Shown here: positions 1 to 8,202 of the stretch, one piece after another
Numbering within the stretch: the first letter of the stretch is position 1
How the letters are laid out: the number at the start of each line of letters is the position of its first letter
Virus record (IMG/VR): IMGVR_UViG_3300033067_002141
Coordinates: 1 to 24,326 of that record
From: a virus
Lineage: Duplodnaviria; Caudoviricetes
Strand: one strand, 5' to 3'
DNA: 24,326 nt
Translations under genes and position numbers: made by a program
The notes under the pieces: model-generated
Database searches by the model: none
Told to the model about the DNA's origin: nothing
Seen by the model: only the letters and a program-made list of their open reading frames with translations

Positions 1-758
1 CGGCGGGTCTGCTCGATCTTCGGATCGGCGGTGATGTTGAGCGTCTGCAGCAGATCACACAGCTCGTACGCGCCCGACACCAGGGTGTCGTGGAACCGGC
101 GATTCTTCGGGACCCCGTCGATGACATCGGTGGACAATCTGTCCGACATACGCTCCAGGTGCTCGATGACACGGCGCCGTACGTCCGCGACCGCGGACTC
201 CACGCGATCGGCCGCCAGCTTCTCCATGCGTTCCTGCAGCTCACGCTGCGCCTCGTTGCCAACGTCTACCCGGAAGTCCCCCGTGGCCGGCACAGGCAGG
301 TAGTTGACCCTGAACGCGAACTTGCGACGCAGCTCCTCGGGGCTCGGGTAGTCCGCGCGTTTGAACATGGACCCCAGCGCCATGGCCTGGGCCGTGATGA
401 GCGACGGGTAGATGGTGAGGAAGGTCTCCACCATGTTGTCGAACTGGTCCTCGTAGTCCGACATGCGCTTGTTGAACTCCATGAACTGCAGCGAGGGCAG
501 CAGGCGCTGCCCGCTGTCGGACCACGGTAAGGTGTGGTCGTAGACGTAGTTGCGCGCCGCGGTGGCGTAGCTCTGGATCTCGTCGAGCTCAGGGCGCCCG
601 GCCATGAGGGACTTGTTGACACGCGCTGCGTCCTTGGACTTCGCGGTGTGAGCCGCGACGACCTCGTCGGTGACGGTGCGATCGAGTTTGCGTGCGGTCC
701 AGGTGGAGACGTTGAGTTCCACGATGAGAGCGCAGGTGTCGATGTTGATGTTGCTCAT
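1..758 (-). CDS. DUF3150-like phage protein (runs off the left edge; absent from the ORF track)
   Basis: ATG at 758 with SD GAAAGGA; the frame stays open to the window edge. Translation MSNINIDTCALIVELNVSTWTARKLDRTVTDEV...NKSLMAG...HTLPWSDSGQRLLP...DYPSPEELRRKF resembles the phage family that accompanies AAA/vWA genes (recognised by eye). Confidence 0.75.
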   Translation of the reverse strand, partial: MSNINIDTCALIVELNVSTWTARKLDRTVTDEVVAAHTAKSKDAARVNKSLMAGRPELDEIQSYATAARNYVYDHTLPWSDSGQRLLPSLQFMEFNKRMSDYEDQFDNMVETFLTIYPSLITAQAMALGSMFKRADYPSPEELRRKFAFRVNYLPVPATGDFRVDVGNEAQRELQERMEKLAADRVESAVADVRRRVIEHLERMSDRLSTDVIDGVPKNRRFHDTLVSGAYELCDLLQTLNITADPKIEQTR

Positions 759-892
759 GTTGATTCCTTTCGTGCCGCGTATGCGGCTTGGGCCAGAAGA
801 AGCAGTCCGGCCCGGGCTGCAAAAAGTCGAGAACCTTTGGTGTTGGATAGTTCTGCGGTGCCTAGGATGTAGTCATGCTCGTCCAGTTCTCT

Positions 893-1171
893 TCATACCT
901 CCTCCGCAAGTGCGCCGAGCAGGAGCATGATGTAGTCCTTCACCTCTTCAATGTCCGCGGTGTCGGGAACAAAGGTGTCGAATATACTGCCGCTTTTATC
1001 CAGTTCACATAGTCGGAGGTATTTAAACCCCGTGTTTATATCCGCGCTACTCGCCTCTTCCGTGATCCACATCAGCTCTCCGCCAACACTTGTATCATAA
1101 AAGTCCGCCCTTATCAGCCCGAACGGACCTGGTTCTTTGTAGAACAGCTTCTGCGCGCTGATCCTTTTCAC
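893..1171 (-). CDS. hypothetical protein (92 aa)
   Basis: GTG start overlaps the upstream stop (GTGA); ends in an acidic/amphipathic helix like its neighbours. Confidence 0.65.
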   Translation of the reverse strand: MKRISAQKLFYKEPGPFGLIRADFYDTSVGGELMWITEEASSADINTGFKYLRLCELDKSGSIFDTFVPDTADIEEVKDYIMLLLGALAEEV

Positions 1172-1485
1172 ACCTCATCCTTCAAATTCAACAAGATCAT
1201 GCAGCGCTCAGCCATCTCGGGCCAGTCCTCCTTCTTGACGTCCGGGCTGAGCTTCATCTGATACTTTGGTGGGGCTTGGGTGAGCGCGTGCAGGGCAGGC
1301 GTCGAGTTTCTCTCGTACGTGTAGAAGTTCATGATCACTGCGCCGGCCATCTGGCTGTGCACCGCCGTCCATGAGATGACGGGCTGGCCTTTGAGATGCC
1401 GTGCAGCCCACGCTGTGATTTCTGGCTCGCCGTTGCCAGCGTACACCAGGCTCTTCGGGGGTTCGGGTCTTGGTGGTTTACTCAT
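1168..1485 (-). CDS. hypothetical protein (105 aa, MSKPPRPEPP...)
   Basis: ATG at 1485 overlaps the upstream stop (ATGA), with GAGG upstream; preferred over the track start at 1506. Confidence 0.65.
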   Translation of the reverse strand: MSKPPRPEPPKSLVYAGNGEPEITAWAARHLKGQPVISWTAVHSQMAGAVIMNFYTYERNSTPALHALTQAPPKYQMKLSPDVKKEDWPEMAERCMILLNLKDEV

Positions 1486-1727
1486 TCGGTGTACCTCGCT
1501 TCGCACAGCGCCAGGAGCAGCGCTTCATCTTCAAGATTGGCGGGCGCGGTGTAATACGCGTTCGCGACTGTGTGCCTTGCGGCGTCCATCACGTAGACGA
1601 TCTGCTTGTCTTCCGAGTGAGGGTGCTTGTACTCCAAGTGACCGATGTGCAGCGGCAGCGTTATCTTGCGCTGTGTATCGAAGAAATTGACCTCTCTCAG
1701 GGACCCGAAGTTGATAGTCTCGCTCAC
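1482..1727 (-). CDS. hypothetical protein (81 aa)
   Basis: GTGA start/stop coupling with the upstream gene; GAGGG SD. Confidence 0.65.
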   Translation of the reverse strand: MSETINFGSLREVNFFDTQRKITLPLHIGHLEYKHPHSEDKQIVYVMDAARHTVANAYYTAPANLEDEALLLALCEARYTE

Positions 1728-1984
1728 TCTGCCCTCGCCATGATCAACAGCTTCAGAAACTCGATCGCCGCGTCACCGTCGTCGAGACGCACAACCCAGG
1801 CATCTGCTACTTTTTCATCCCACTGGTTGTCGATGACGACAACCCCTTGTCCGGACTTATTGCGCTGTACGCGCTCATCCCGCACGTGGCCTCGCAGGCT
1901 CTCGAATGCCCTCGTGTAAATCTCTACGTTCTTCATGGCCGGCTCGTCGATGTCTCCGATGTTCACGTATTCGACCTTCATCAT
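1724..1984 (-). CDS. hypothetical protein (86 aa)
   Basis: ATGA coupling; SD GAGGAG. Confidence 0.7.
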   Translation of the reverse strand: MMKVEYVNIGDIDEPAMKNVEIYTRAFESLRGHVRDERVQRNKSGQGVVVIDNQWDEKVADAWVVRLDDGDAAIEFLKLLIMARAE

Positions 1985-2271
1985 TCACTCCTCGCAAGTA
2001 TCACGGCGAGCAGCCACGCAGTGGCTTCCTCTTGTTGTTCAATCGGCGCAAACGCGTCCGCGATCAAGCCGTCACTCCAGTCCCCCTCCTCCCCGTTCCG
2101 CACCACCAGATGCACGTCGCCTCCAGTGTGCAGACGTACTTCTACATACAGCTTTTCAAAAGCGTGGGCTCCTCTGAAGTCTATCCACCGAAGCCCGTGC
2201 GCGCCGTACGGCAGCGTTCCTGTTTGGCATCTCATCATTCACTCCTCGCAAGTGTCACGGCGAGCAGCCAC
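1978..2271. repeat. 40-bp direct repeat (1978-2017 and 2232-2271, 39/40 identical)
   Basis: TCATCATTCACTCCTCGCAAGT(A/G)TCACGGCGAGCAGCCAC covers the gene end, the SD and the next start. Confidence 0.9.
1981..2238 (-). CDS. hypothetical protein, paralog of 2235..2486
   Basis: ATGA coupling, SD GAGGAG; shares MRC..G.L..GAHGL and EEA..WLLAV.LARSE with the next gene. Confidence 0.7.
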   Translation of the reverse strand: MMRCQTGTLPYGAHGLRWIDFRGAHAFEKLYVEVRLHTGGDVHLVVRNGEEGDWSDGLIADAFAPIEQQEEATAWLLAVILARSE

Positions 2272-2486
2272 TGCTTCGCCTCTTCGATCTGGCTCATGTC
2301 TTCTATGTATGCCAGCGCGATCACCTCACCGTAGTCCCTGTCCTCGTGTATGTTCAACAGCCACCTGTTGGACTTCAGCGCGCTCGGTCTCACCGATACG
2401 CGCAGTGCCTCGAAGGGGGCTTCCTGCCACAGGATCCCGTGCAGTCCGTGCGCCCCTTCTTCCAGTGATCCACCCTTACATCGCAT
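2235..2486 (-). CDS. hypothetical protein, paralog of 1981..2238 (83 aa)
   Basis: ATG at 2486 (MRCKGGSLEEGAHGL) aligns with the paralog N-terminus; the longer track start overlaps the vWA gene. Confidence 0.65.
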   Translation of the reverse strand: MRCKGGSLEEGAHGLHGILWQEAPFEALRVSVRPSALKSNRWLLNIHEDRDYGEVIALAYIEDMSQIEEAKQWLLAVTLARSE

Positions 2487-3747
2487 CAGAGTACAGCCGC
2501 ACGCACTGCCCCCGGAGCGGTTGGAACCCGTCGTTGTCCAGGATGCCCCAGAGAAGGGGTACGTCCGCCGGCGGCAGGTCGTAGGAGCTCTCGATGTACC
2601 CATCCGTGAGATACACCACCGCAGTGGGCTTGTACTGCTTCGCGGCAATGTACTGTGCAACACACGACACCGTCGTGCCACCGCCGCCCTGGGGCTTCAT
2701 GATGTGCGCCATCTGCTCGTACTTGTCCGGAGTGAACACCTGCTCGCTGTTCACCTCCGTGTCCCACCAGATCACACGCACAGCGTCGGGCCGCACGCTC
2801 TGGCAGATGCGCACGATCTCACCGAAGATGATCGGGTACGTGCCGCCCATGGACCCGGACGTATCGCATGCCACGATGATCTCGCCCGTCGCCTCGCTGA
2901 AGTGCGTGGGCATGAGGAACCCACTGGCCAGCATGCGCTTGTTGGGCCGGCGATAGGTGGAGTAGTCATCGCCCTCACACACCGCTGTGAAGAACTCGCG
3001 GAAGTGATCCTGCCAGTTGGTGTCGCGCTCCTTGATGATGTTGTCGATGTCCATGCCGCCCTTGCCCTCACCTCGCAGCTTCTTGGCCAGCATGTCACCC
3101 TGGCGGATGGCGTCGTCGATTGCGCGCCCGATCTCCTGCTTCTGCTCCTCCGTGAGTGCTCCCTCCCCGTCACCCTCCTCGGGCTGCACGTGTTCATCGA
3201 GGGGCCCGCCAGGCTGGCCGGCGCCGCCACCCTTGCCGCTGCCCTTGCCGCTGCCCTTGCCGCCACCTTGCTTCTGCTGCTTGAGCAGATCGAGCAGCAC
3301 TTCGAGGAAGTCCATGCCACGGTACTTCTCGTCGAGACAGATGCCTGGCAGGTTGGGCACCGTGGCGAAGTCCTTGGCGCTCGTGTCGGCCGCCTTGAGG
3401 CGTGTGTTCATGTCCACGATCATCAGGTTGACGACATAGTCCATCGCCATGTTGGACAGCATCCCGTGCTTCTTCATCACGCCGGGGTAGCTGGTGCAGT
3501 GCTTGAGCGCCTTGTGCAGACACTCGTGCGCCACGACGAAGCGCATCTCGGTGCGGCTGAGCTTCATGACGAAGTCCTCGCCATACCAGGTGTTGTACCC
3601 ATCAGTGGCGGCCGTGGGGAACTTGGGATCGATGCGGGTCTTGCCGATCATGGCCAGCCCTGAAAGAAGCGCGAACTCCTTGTTGCGCGCGAAGTCGATG
3701 TGGCACGATGTGACACGATCGAGGGGGGACATTTTTTCGTAGCTCAT
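2476..3747 (-). CDS. DUF2201-type putative metallopeptidase with C-terminal vWA domain
   Basis: PTAATDG motif, HECLH (HExxH), NMAMD..VN, Gly/Lys linker, MIDAS DTSGS, GGGGT and YLTDG; SD AGGAG. Confidence 0.88.
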   Translation of the reverse strand: MSYEKMSPLDRVTSCHIDFARNKEFALLSGLAMIGKTRIDPKFPTAATDGYNTWYGEDFVMKLSRTEMRFVVAHECLHKALKHCTSYPGVMKKHGMLSNMAMDYVVNLMIVDMNTRLKAADTSAKDFATVPNLPGICLDEKYRGMDFLEVLLDLLKQQKQGGGKGSGKGSGKGGGAGQPGGPLDEHVQPEEGDGEGALTEEQKQEIGRAIDDAIRQGDMLAKKLRGEGKGGMDIDNIIKERDTNWQDHFREFFTAVCEGDDYSTYRRPNKRMLASGFLMPTHFSEATGEIIVACDTSGSMGGTYPIIFGEIVRICQSVRPDAVRVIWWDTEVNSEQVFTPDKYEQMAHIMKPQGGGGTTVSCVAQYIAAKQYKPTAVVYLTDGYIESSYDLPPADVPLLWGILDNDGFQPLRGQCVRLYSDAM

Positions 3748-3968
3748 GATTTTTCTCCTGTAGGGGGAAGTGTGTAGGTGAGATTGTTGAGCCCGTACGA
3801 CCTCGGGCAGTTGTACATGTCTCCCAGGACTTGGGGGACGATGTCTTTATTCTGGTACAGCATCCAGCAGATTACGAAGCCTAGGTACTCAGGATCGGCA
3901 TCAATGCTCTTGACGAGGCCGACGAGGACTTTCGCCACGTCGTCAGAGAACTGGCGTTCTTCGCTCAT
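3744..3968 (-). CDS. hypothetical protein (74 aa, MSEERQF...)
   Basis: ATGA overlaps at both ends. Confidence 0.6.
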   Translation of the reverse strand: MSEERQFSDDVAKVLVGLVKSIDADPEYLGFVICWMLYQNKDIVPQVLGDMYNCPRSYGLNNLTYTLPPTGEKS

Positions 3969-4228
3969 ACCTGTGGCCAGGACAAGTAGTCGATGTTGCA
4001 ATGCGTCATATTGAAAGCCCCTGGGTAACGCTCCAGCTCCGTGAACAGCCGCCTCTGTGCCTCCGGGTACAGGCGAAAGAGCGCAGCAGCCAGGAGCAGC
4101 GCGTGTCGGATCTCCTTATTGTCTACATGCATCACGCCGTCAGGCAATGTCTCTGCGTCCTCCATCGCCAGCGTGTAGACCTGCAGCGCCGCCACTGCGG
4201 CTTCTTCATACGCGAATAGCTGTCGCAC
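3965..4228 (-). CDS. hypothetical protein (87 aa, MRQLFAYEE...)
   Basis: GTG at 4228 with SD AGGAGG 6 nt upstream. Confidence 0.6.
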   Translation of the reverse strand: MRQLFAYEEAAVAALQVYTLAMEDAETLPDGVMHVDNKEIRHALLLAAALFRLYPEAQRRLFTELERYPGAFNMTHCNIDYLSWPQV

Positions 4229-4559
4229 GTTGTGCCTCCTTTCTCTCCGCTGCGTTCCGCACATGCACCCACTCGGCTTCACGCCCAGCCTCCTTGAGCA
4301 GCCACAGCGCCTTGAGCTTGGCTTCCGTCTCGGGCGCGTCTGCGAACATCTCGTACTCGCTGCGATTCCGGTGCGCCTCCGACGTGAAATCACTTGAGCT
4401 GACCAGCAGGTGCTCGCCATCAAAGACATAAATCATCCAGCCGTGATTCAGCCCCTCCAGCGTATCCTCTTCAGTGAGCACCAAAGGCCGTGTGCTGAGG
4501 TAATGGTACTCGACGTCCTGTCGCAGTGCCGGGTACTTTCGTACCGCTTCAAAGCTCAT
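4206..4559 (-). CDS. small protein, paralog family A (GW...EY..F...P....K.KALW)
   Basis: ATG at 4559 with SD GAGGAG; carries EYEMFADAPETEAKLKALWLL. Confidence 0.75.
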   Translation of the reverse strand: MSFEAVRKYPALRQDVEYHYLSTRPLVLTEEDTLEGLNHGWMIYVFDGEHLLVSSSDFTSEAHRNRSEYEMFADAPETEAKLKALWLLKEAGREAEWVHVRNAAERKEAQRATAIRV

Positions 4560-4740
4560 GGTCGCTCTCCTCAAAAAGTTCCGCCCCTCGCGGGGCGCCT
4601 GTCTTCAGCCGGTGCAGGTGCGCCTTCGCAAGCCTCACGCCAGCTTCCTGGGCCTGCACCCGAAGGCGCAGGGTGTGCAGCCGAGCCCGGGCCTGCTCAA
4701 GGTCCTGCTCGGCACGACGAAGCTTCTCAGCTTCAGTCAT
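4549..4740 (-). CDS. small coiled-coil protein (63 aa)
   Basis: ATG at 4740 with SD AAGGAG; heptad-like AEQDLEQARARLHTLRLRV. Confidence 0.6.
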   Translation of the reverse strand: MTEAEKLRRAEQDLEQARARLHTLRLRVQAQEAGVRLAKAHLHRLKTGAPRGAELFEESDHEL

Positions 4741-5134
4741 CGGGCTCTCCTTCATCAGCTTCTGGTACGACGTGTTTCAACGAAACCTCTACATCAACCT
4801 CTTCCCACAACTCGTATCCGCAGTCGCCGTCGGCACTCTCTTCGATGTCTGGGGTTTCCTCCCCAGCACGCACGAACCTCCACTCGGCACCAGAGGGGAA
4901 GCTCTCCACTGCCAGCCCCATGAGCGTGTGGTGTGCCTCTACGCTGGGGTCAGACGCATACCATTTGGTTCTGTCTGAAAACGTGATGCGGCTGTTCGGC
5001 TTCTTGTACTCGCACTCTTCAAGCGCGGCGACCTCGTGTTGATTACCTCGCGCCTGGATCAAAAGCACGAACTTGTCTCGCTGTGCGTTGTTGCGGAAGC
5101 GTATCGTGTACGCCACCGAGGAGTTGTAGCCCAT
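4733..5134 (-). CDS. hypothetical phage protein (133 aa)
   Basis: Follows the AAA stop with TAAGGAG immediately upstream; MGYNSSVA N-terminus and FVRAGEE..DIE motif. Confidence 0.75.
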   Translation of the reverse strand: MGYNSSVAYTIRFRNNAQRDKFVLLIQARGNQHEVAALEECEYKKPNSRITFSDRTKWYASDPSVEAHHTLMGLAVESFPSGAEWRFVRAGEETPDIEESADGDCGYELWEEVDVEVSLKHVVPEADEGEPDD

Positions 5135-5138
5135 CTCC

Positions 5139-6266
5139 TTACACCAGCGACAGGAACTGCTTGTTTTCCATCAGCAGCTTGCCGAAGGACTTGCTCGCTG
5201 CGAACTTGGCGAGGTTGGACTTCGCTGCATTCGTCACGAGCAGCATCTGGATCTCCTTCTGCATGCGGGGCACGTAGGTTGCAATGGCCTCGGCTTCCTT
5301 CGCATCGGCACACTGGGTCACGAACTGGAACGCCTGCACGGCCTGGGCGAGAGGCGAGTCAGGCACCTTGGCTTTCAGGGGGTCGGCGATCACGCTGGCG
5401 TACGGGGGCAGGTTGCGGCCGAAGCGGATGAATGCCCCCAAGTCCTTGGCGAACGCCACGCCCACCGTCCCCTCCAGCGCCACCTGCAGGGTGTGGTCAT
5501 CCATCAGGTGCTTGCGCTTGATCAGGTCGCTCGCTGCGTGCAGCGAGCGTGTGGTGACACAGGCCTTGCCCGTGTTGTTGCGGGGATCGTGGATGTAGTG
5601 GTTGTGCTTGGCCAGCGTCTCGCTGGAGTACTTGCCTCCTGGCATGTAATCGATGAAGCTGTCGAAGATCCGCGGGTACTCGAACGTGGCCGCGATCAGC
5701 TCGGGCGCGATGTTGTTGTGCAGCGCGAAGTTGTCAACCCACTCCTGCTGCGTCGGGGGCATGCACTTGACCATCGTCACCCGGTTGCGCAGGTGAGGCT
5801 GCAGGCTGTCGCCCAGACCCTCGTAGGCCATGTTGGTGGTGCCGAACACGATGCTGCCCTCGGGGAAGCGCAGGTTGCCGAGCCGACGCTCGTAGATGAG
5901 CGGGGCGCACATGTCCTTGACGAACTGCTTGGCCTTGCCGATCTCATCGAAGCACAGGACCACCGGCCGGGCGCCGGGTACGCCGGCATGGTTCTCCTCG
6001 TTGACGCCGAAGCGCTCGTTGGGCAGCTCGCGGCTGATACCACGTACGTTGTCCAGGCCCGGCATGGCCAGGCTGCCGTCACCCAGCTGGGTGCAGTCGA
6101 TGAGGCCAGGGAAGTGATGGTTGCTGAGAGCAGGTGTCTTGCGCAGAGCGTGGTACATCGCGGACTTGCCGATGCCCATGGGGCCCTCGACGAAGATCGT
6201 ACGCAGATCGCCAGCAGCGGCGATGAGGGAGACACACTGAGAAAGGGAAAGGAAATCGTGGCTCAT
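5139..6266 (-). CDS. MoxR-like AAA+ ATPase
   Basis: Walker A GPMGIGKS, Walker B VLCFDE, sensor-1 GTTN, Arg finger LRNR, TTRS sensor-2-like; SD GGAG. Confidence 0.9.
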   Translation of the reverse strand: MSHDFLSLSQCVSLIAAAGDLRTIFVEGPMGIGKSAMYHALRKTPALSNHHFPGLIDCTQLGDGSLAMPGLDNVRGISRELPNERFGVNEENHAGVPGARPVVLCFDEIGKAKQFVKDMCAPLIYERRLGNLRFPEGSIVFGTTNMAYEGLGDSLQPHLRNRVTMVKCMPPTQQEWVDNFALHNNIAPELIAATFEYPRIFDSFIDYMPGGKYSSETLAKHNHYIHDPRNNTGKACVTTRSLHAASDLIKRKHLMDDHTLQVALEGTVGVAFAKDLGAFIRFGRNLPPYASVIADPLKAKVPDSPLAQAVQAFQFVTQCADAKEAEAIATYVPRMQKEIQMLLVTNAAKSNLAKFAASKSFGKLLMENKQFLSLV

Positions 6267-6304
6267 GGTTTTCTCCAGTAGGAGTTAGGGGAAGTTTGTA
6301 AAGA

Positions 6305-6332
6305 ATTATACATGCTGACTTGTGAGAGTCAA
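6305..6332 (-). promoter_or_regulatory. sigma70-like promoter for the AAA/vWA operon
   Basis: Minus strand TTGACT (6332-6327), 16-bp spacer, TATAAT (6310-6305); -10 box about 40 nt upstream of the AAA start. Confidence 0.65.
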
Positions 6333-6342
6333 CCAGCCTGTA

Positions 6343-6364
6343 CTCAGGTGCGGATGCACCTGAG
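6343..6364. repeat. palindrome copy 1, CTCAGGTGC-GGAT-GCACCTGAG
   Basis: Exact 9-bp inverted arms; intergenic. Confidence 0.95.
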
Positions 6365-6416
6365 CTGCGTTGTGCTGCCGGTAGGCAGTAGAGGTTATGA
6401 GTGGTGAGAGAAGGGG

Positions 6417-6647
6417 TTAGAGGTCTGTGAGGTAGTGCCTGCGCAGGTCTCCAATTTGCACCAGGAAAGGTGTCTCTTCCGTGTATGCGACACGCCATCC
6501 AGCTGCAGCGAACGGAGACCATAAGCCCCGTGTCTCCTGGTTAAATTTGGACAGCTCGTACCAGACATCTAGCACACCCCGAGCCCACCACAGCAGGACC
6601 ATGGTCCTGGCTGCCTCCAAGGCTTCTTCGAGAGTTGGCTCGTTCAT
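6417..6647 (-). CDS. hypothetical protein (76 aa)
   Basis: ATGA coupling, SD GAGG; N-terminal LEEALEAARTMVLLWWAR resembles the next gene. Confidence 0.7.
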   Translation of the reverse strand: MNEPTLEEALEAARTMVLLWWARGVLDVWYELSKFNQETRGLWSPFAAAGWRVAYTEETPFLVQIGDLRRHYLTDL

Positions 6648-6874
6648 ATTTCAACCTCATATTGCTGGCTCTGGTATTTCACGCACGGTCGGTTCGTATG
6701 GAAAGTGAGGATGTAGCCTTTGTCCTGCAGTGGGTTACGTAGCGGGTTGATCGCTTCCAGGAAATCGCGTATCTCTACGTTCTGTACGTCCCTCACCCCA
6801 TCGGGGAAGCGAGCCCGAAACAGCAGGTGTATGGTTCGGCAGACGTCGATCGCCTCTTGTAGTTCTTCGGTCAC
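6644..6874 (-). CDS. hypothetical protein (76 aa, MTEELQEAIDVCRT...)
   Basis: GTG at 6874 with SD GAGGTG; preferred over the TTG at 6943. Confidence 0.65.
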   Translation of the reverse strand: MTEELQEAIDVCRTIHLLFRARFPDGVRDVQNVEIRDFLEAINPLRNPLQDKGYILTFHTNRPCVKYQSQQYEVEI

Positions 6875-6968
6875 ATTTTCACCTCGTACATCTGCTGGTT
6901 GTACCAAAACTTCGGCGGGTCGCTGACCCCTCGGCCTCTTCAATCTCCTGCGGTGTCAAATCATCCAT
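6871..6968 (-). pseudogene. possible internally deleted or frameshifted paralog of 6644..6874
   Basis: ATG at 6968 with SD GGGAGG gives MDDLTPQEIEEA. A different frame gives VSDPPKFWYNQQMYEVKM*, similar to PCVKYQSQQYEVEI* of the neighbour, and ends in a GTGA overlap. Confidence 0.35.
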
Positions 6969-7123
6969 ACCATGCCTCCCAGTATGAGGCAGAGAAGCGC
7001 GCCGAGGACGCAGCCCCAGGCACGTGGCTTGTCGTCCAGGGCTGTGGCGTAGTCTTCTGCCGCGAGTAGCAGAACACCTGCTGCGCAAGCGCAGGTTAGG
7101 GACATGAGAAAGGTGGTGATCAT
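6956..7123 (-). CDS. small two-TM membrane protein (55 aa; absent from the ORF track)
   Basis: ATGA coupling, SD GGAG; MITTFLMSLTCACAAGVLLLAAEDYATALDDKPRAWGCVLGALLCLILGGMVWMI has two hydrophobic segments. Confidence 0.65.
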   Translation of the reverse strand: MITTFLMSLTCACAAGVLLLAAEDYATALDDKPRAWGCVLGALLCLILGGMVWMI

Positions 7124-7428
7124 TTCAGTTGCTCCAGGTATGCCTCGATGATGCTGAGGCGGTCGTCGTATCTGATCTTCCTGTTGAGTCGCTCCTCATA
7201 GCCTGCGTCTTCGAGCTTGAAGTTGCCGCCCCACCACACGAAGCGTTGTTGTCTGCGAGCTCCAGCGTAGCTGCGGGTCTTCCTCCTGAACATCATCCGC
7301 AGCGTCTCGTCGATGAACTCGAACTGCACCAGGACTCTGGTGTGCTGCCACCTGGCCAGCACGAGTCCGGGAACACGCCGGGACCACTTCCCGTCATGAC
7401 TGACGAAGACCATGTCTCCGGGTTTCAT
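7120..7428 (-). CDS. hypothetical protein (102 aa), SH3/KOW-like N-terminus (MKPGDMVFV)
   Basis: ATGA coupling, SD GAGGAG. Confidence 0.7.
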   Translation of the reverse strand: MKPGDMVFVSHDGKWSRRVPGLVLARWQHTRVLVQFEFIDETLRMMFRRKTRSYAGARRQQRFVWWGGNFKLEDAGYEERLNRKIRYDDRLSIIEAYLEQLK

Positions 7429-7763
7429 ACTGCTCTCCTCTTCGCTCTCTCAAGCGCTTCGATCTCGTCGTCCCTGCCGAGGTTCTCCAGCATCCACAGC
7501 GCCTTCACCTTGAGCTCGGTCTCGGGGGCCTGGACGAACAGGTCGTACTCTCGCGCATTGGGGCCGTAGCCCGCTTGTCTGAAGTTGTTGATGTGCATCA
7601 GTAGAATCTCCCCTTCTTCAGTGACATCTCTGTAGATCACCCAGAAGTCATTGAGCGCCTCCCAGCATTCGTCGGGTGTCAACACGTGATTCTTTTCCTG
7701 CGGGAACCATACCGAGTCCGTCGCAATATTCGGGTGGTTTTTCAGGTCTTCATAGGTTCTCAT
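7425..7763 (-). CDS. small protein, paralog family A
   Basis: EYDLFVQAPETELKVKALWML; SD GAGG. Confidence 0.75.
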   Translation of the reverse strand: MRTYEDLKNHPNIATDSVWFPQEKNHVLTPDECWEALNDFWVIYRDVTEEGEILLMHINNFRQAGYGPNAREYDLFVQAPETELKVKALWMLENLGRDDEIEALERAKRRAV

Positions 7764-7927
7764 CTGCGCCTCGCCAGTTCACGCTCGATCCCCGTCATCA
7801 CAACGGCCGGGGGAAACTCTGTCACGCCATCGGCGCTCGGGACGTCCACCGCGTCCCGACCCTGTACCTTGGCTATGAGTGCTGCGACGTAGAGTCGCAC
7901 CCACGCTGGGAAATCTTCTGTATCCAT
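7760..7927 (-). CDS. hypothetical protein (55 aa, MDTEDFPAWVRLYVAALIAKV...; absent from the ORF track)
   Basis: Fills the gap and its stop overlaps the next ATG (ATGA), but it overlaps the upstream gene by 55 nt and has a weak SD. Confidence 0.45.
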   Translation of the reverse strand: MDTEDFPAWVRLYVAALIAKVQGRDAVDVPSADGVTEFPPAVVMTGIERELARRR

Positions 7928-8202
7928 AGTTCAACATCTTCTCTTTCGGTTTCGTTGAAGTGTTCCCACAACCACAATGCTTTCAACTTGCACATCACGT
8001 CATCGGGGGTGCAGACGAATGCCTCGTACGCGCTGTTACGCCTGTCCAAGCGTGTCTTGTTCAGGAACAATCCCCCGCTCCGCCCCTGGAATATGCGCCA
8101 CCCGTGGCTACACGCCTGCATGTGGTCCTCCATTGTCCAGCCGAAAGCCTTGAGCGCTTGCTCGTGTCTCTCGTAGTCGTAGGCGTCGTCGTCTTCGCTC
8201 AT
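7873..8202 (-). CDS. small protein, paralog family A
   Basis: ATG at 8202 with SD GGAG; FGWTMEDH...HGW...AYEAFVCTPDDVMCKLKALWL. Confidence 0.75.
   Translation of the reverse strand: MSEDDDAYDYERHEQALKAFGWTMEDHMQACSHGWRIFQGRSGGLFLNKTRLDRRNSAYEAFVCTPDDVMCKLKALWLWEHFNETEREDVELWIQKISQRGCDSTSQHS

Noticed and set aside
3230-3263. 12-bp tandem repeat CCCTTGCCGCTG
   Set aside because: It encodes the GSGK flexible linker of the vWA protein, an ordinary low-complexity segment.
2350-3663. Long antisense ORFs (2350..3663 +, 5493..6281 +, 18419..19801 -, 20551..21657 -, 22723..23694 -)
   Set aside because: Shadow frames of GC3-rich genes with no motifs or SD, unlike the nested 16090 ORF.
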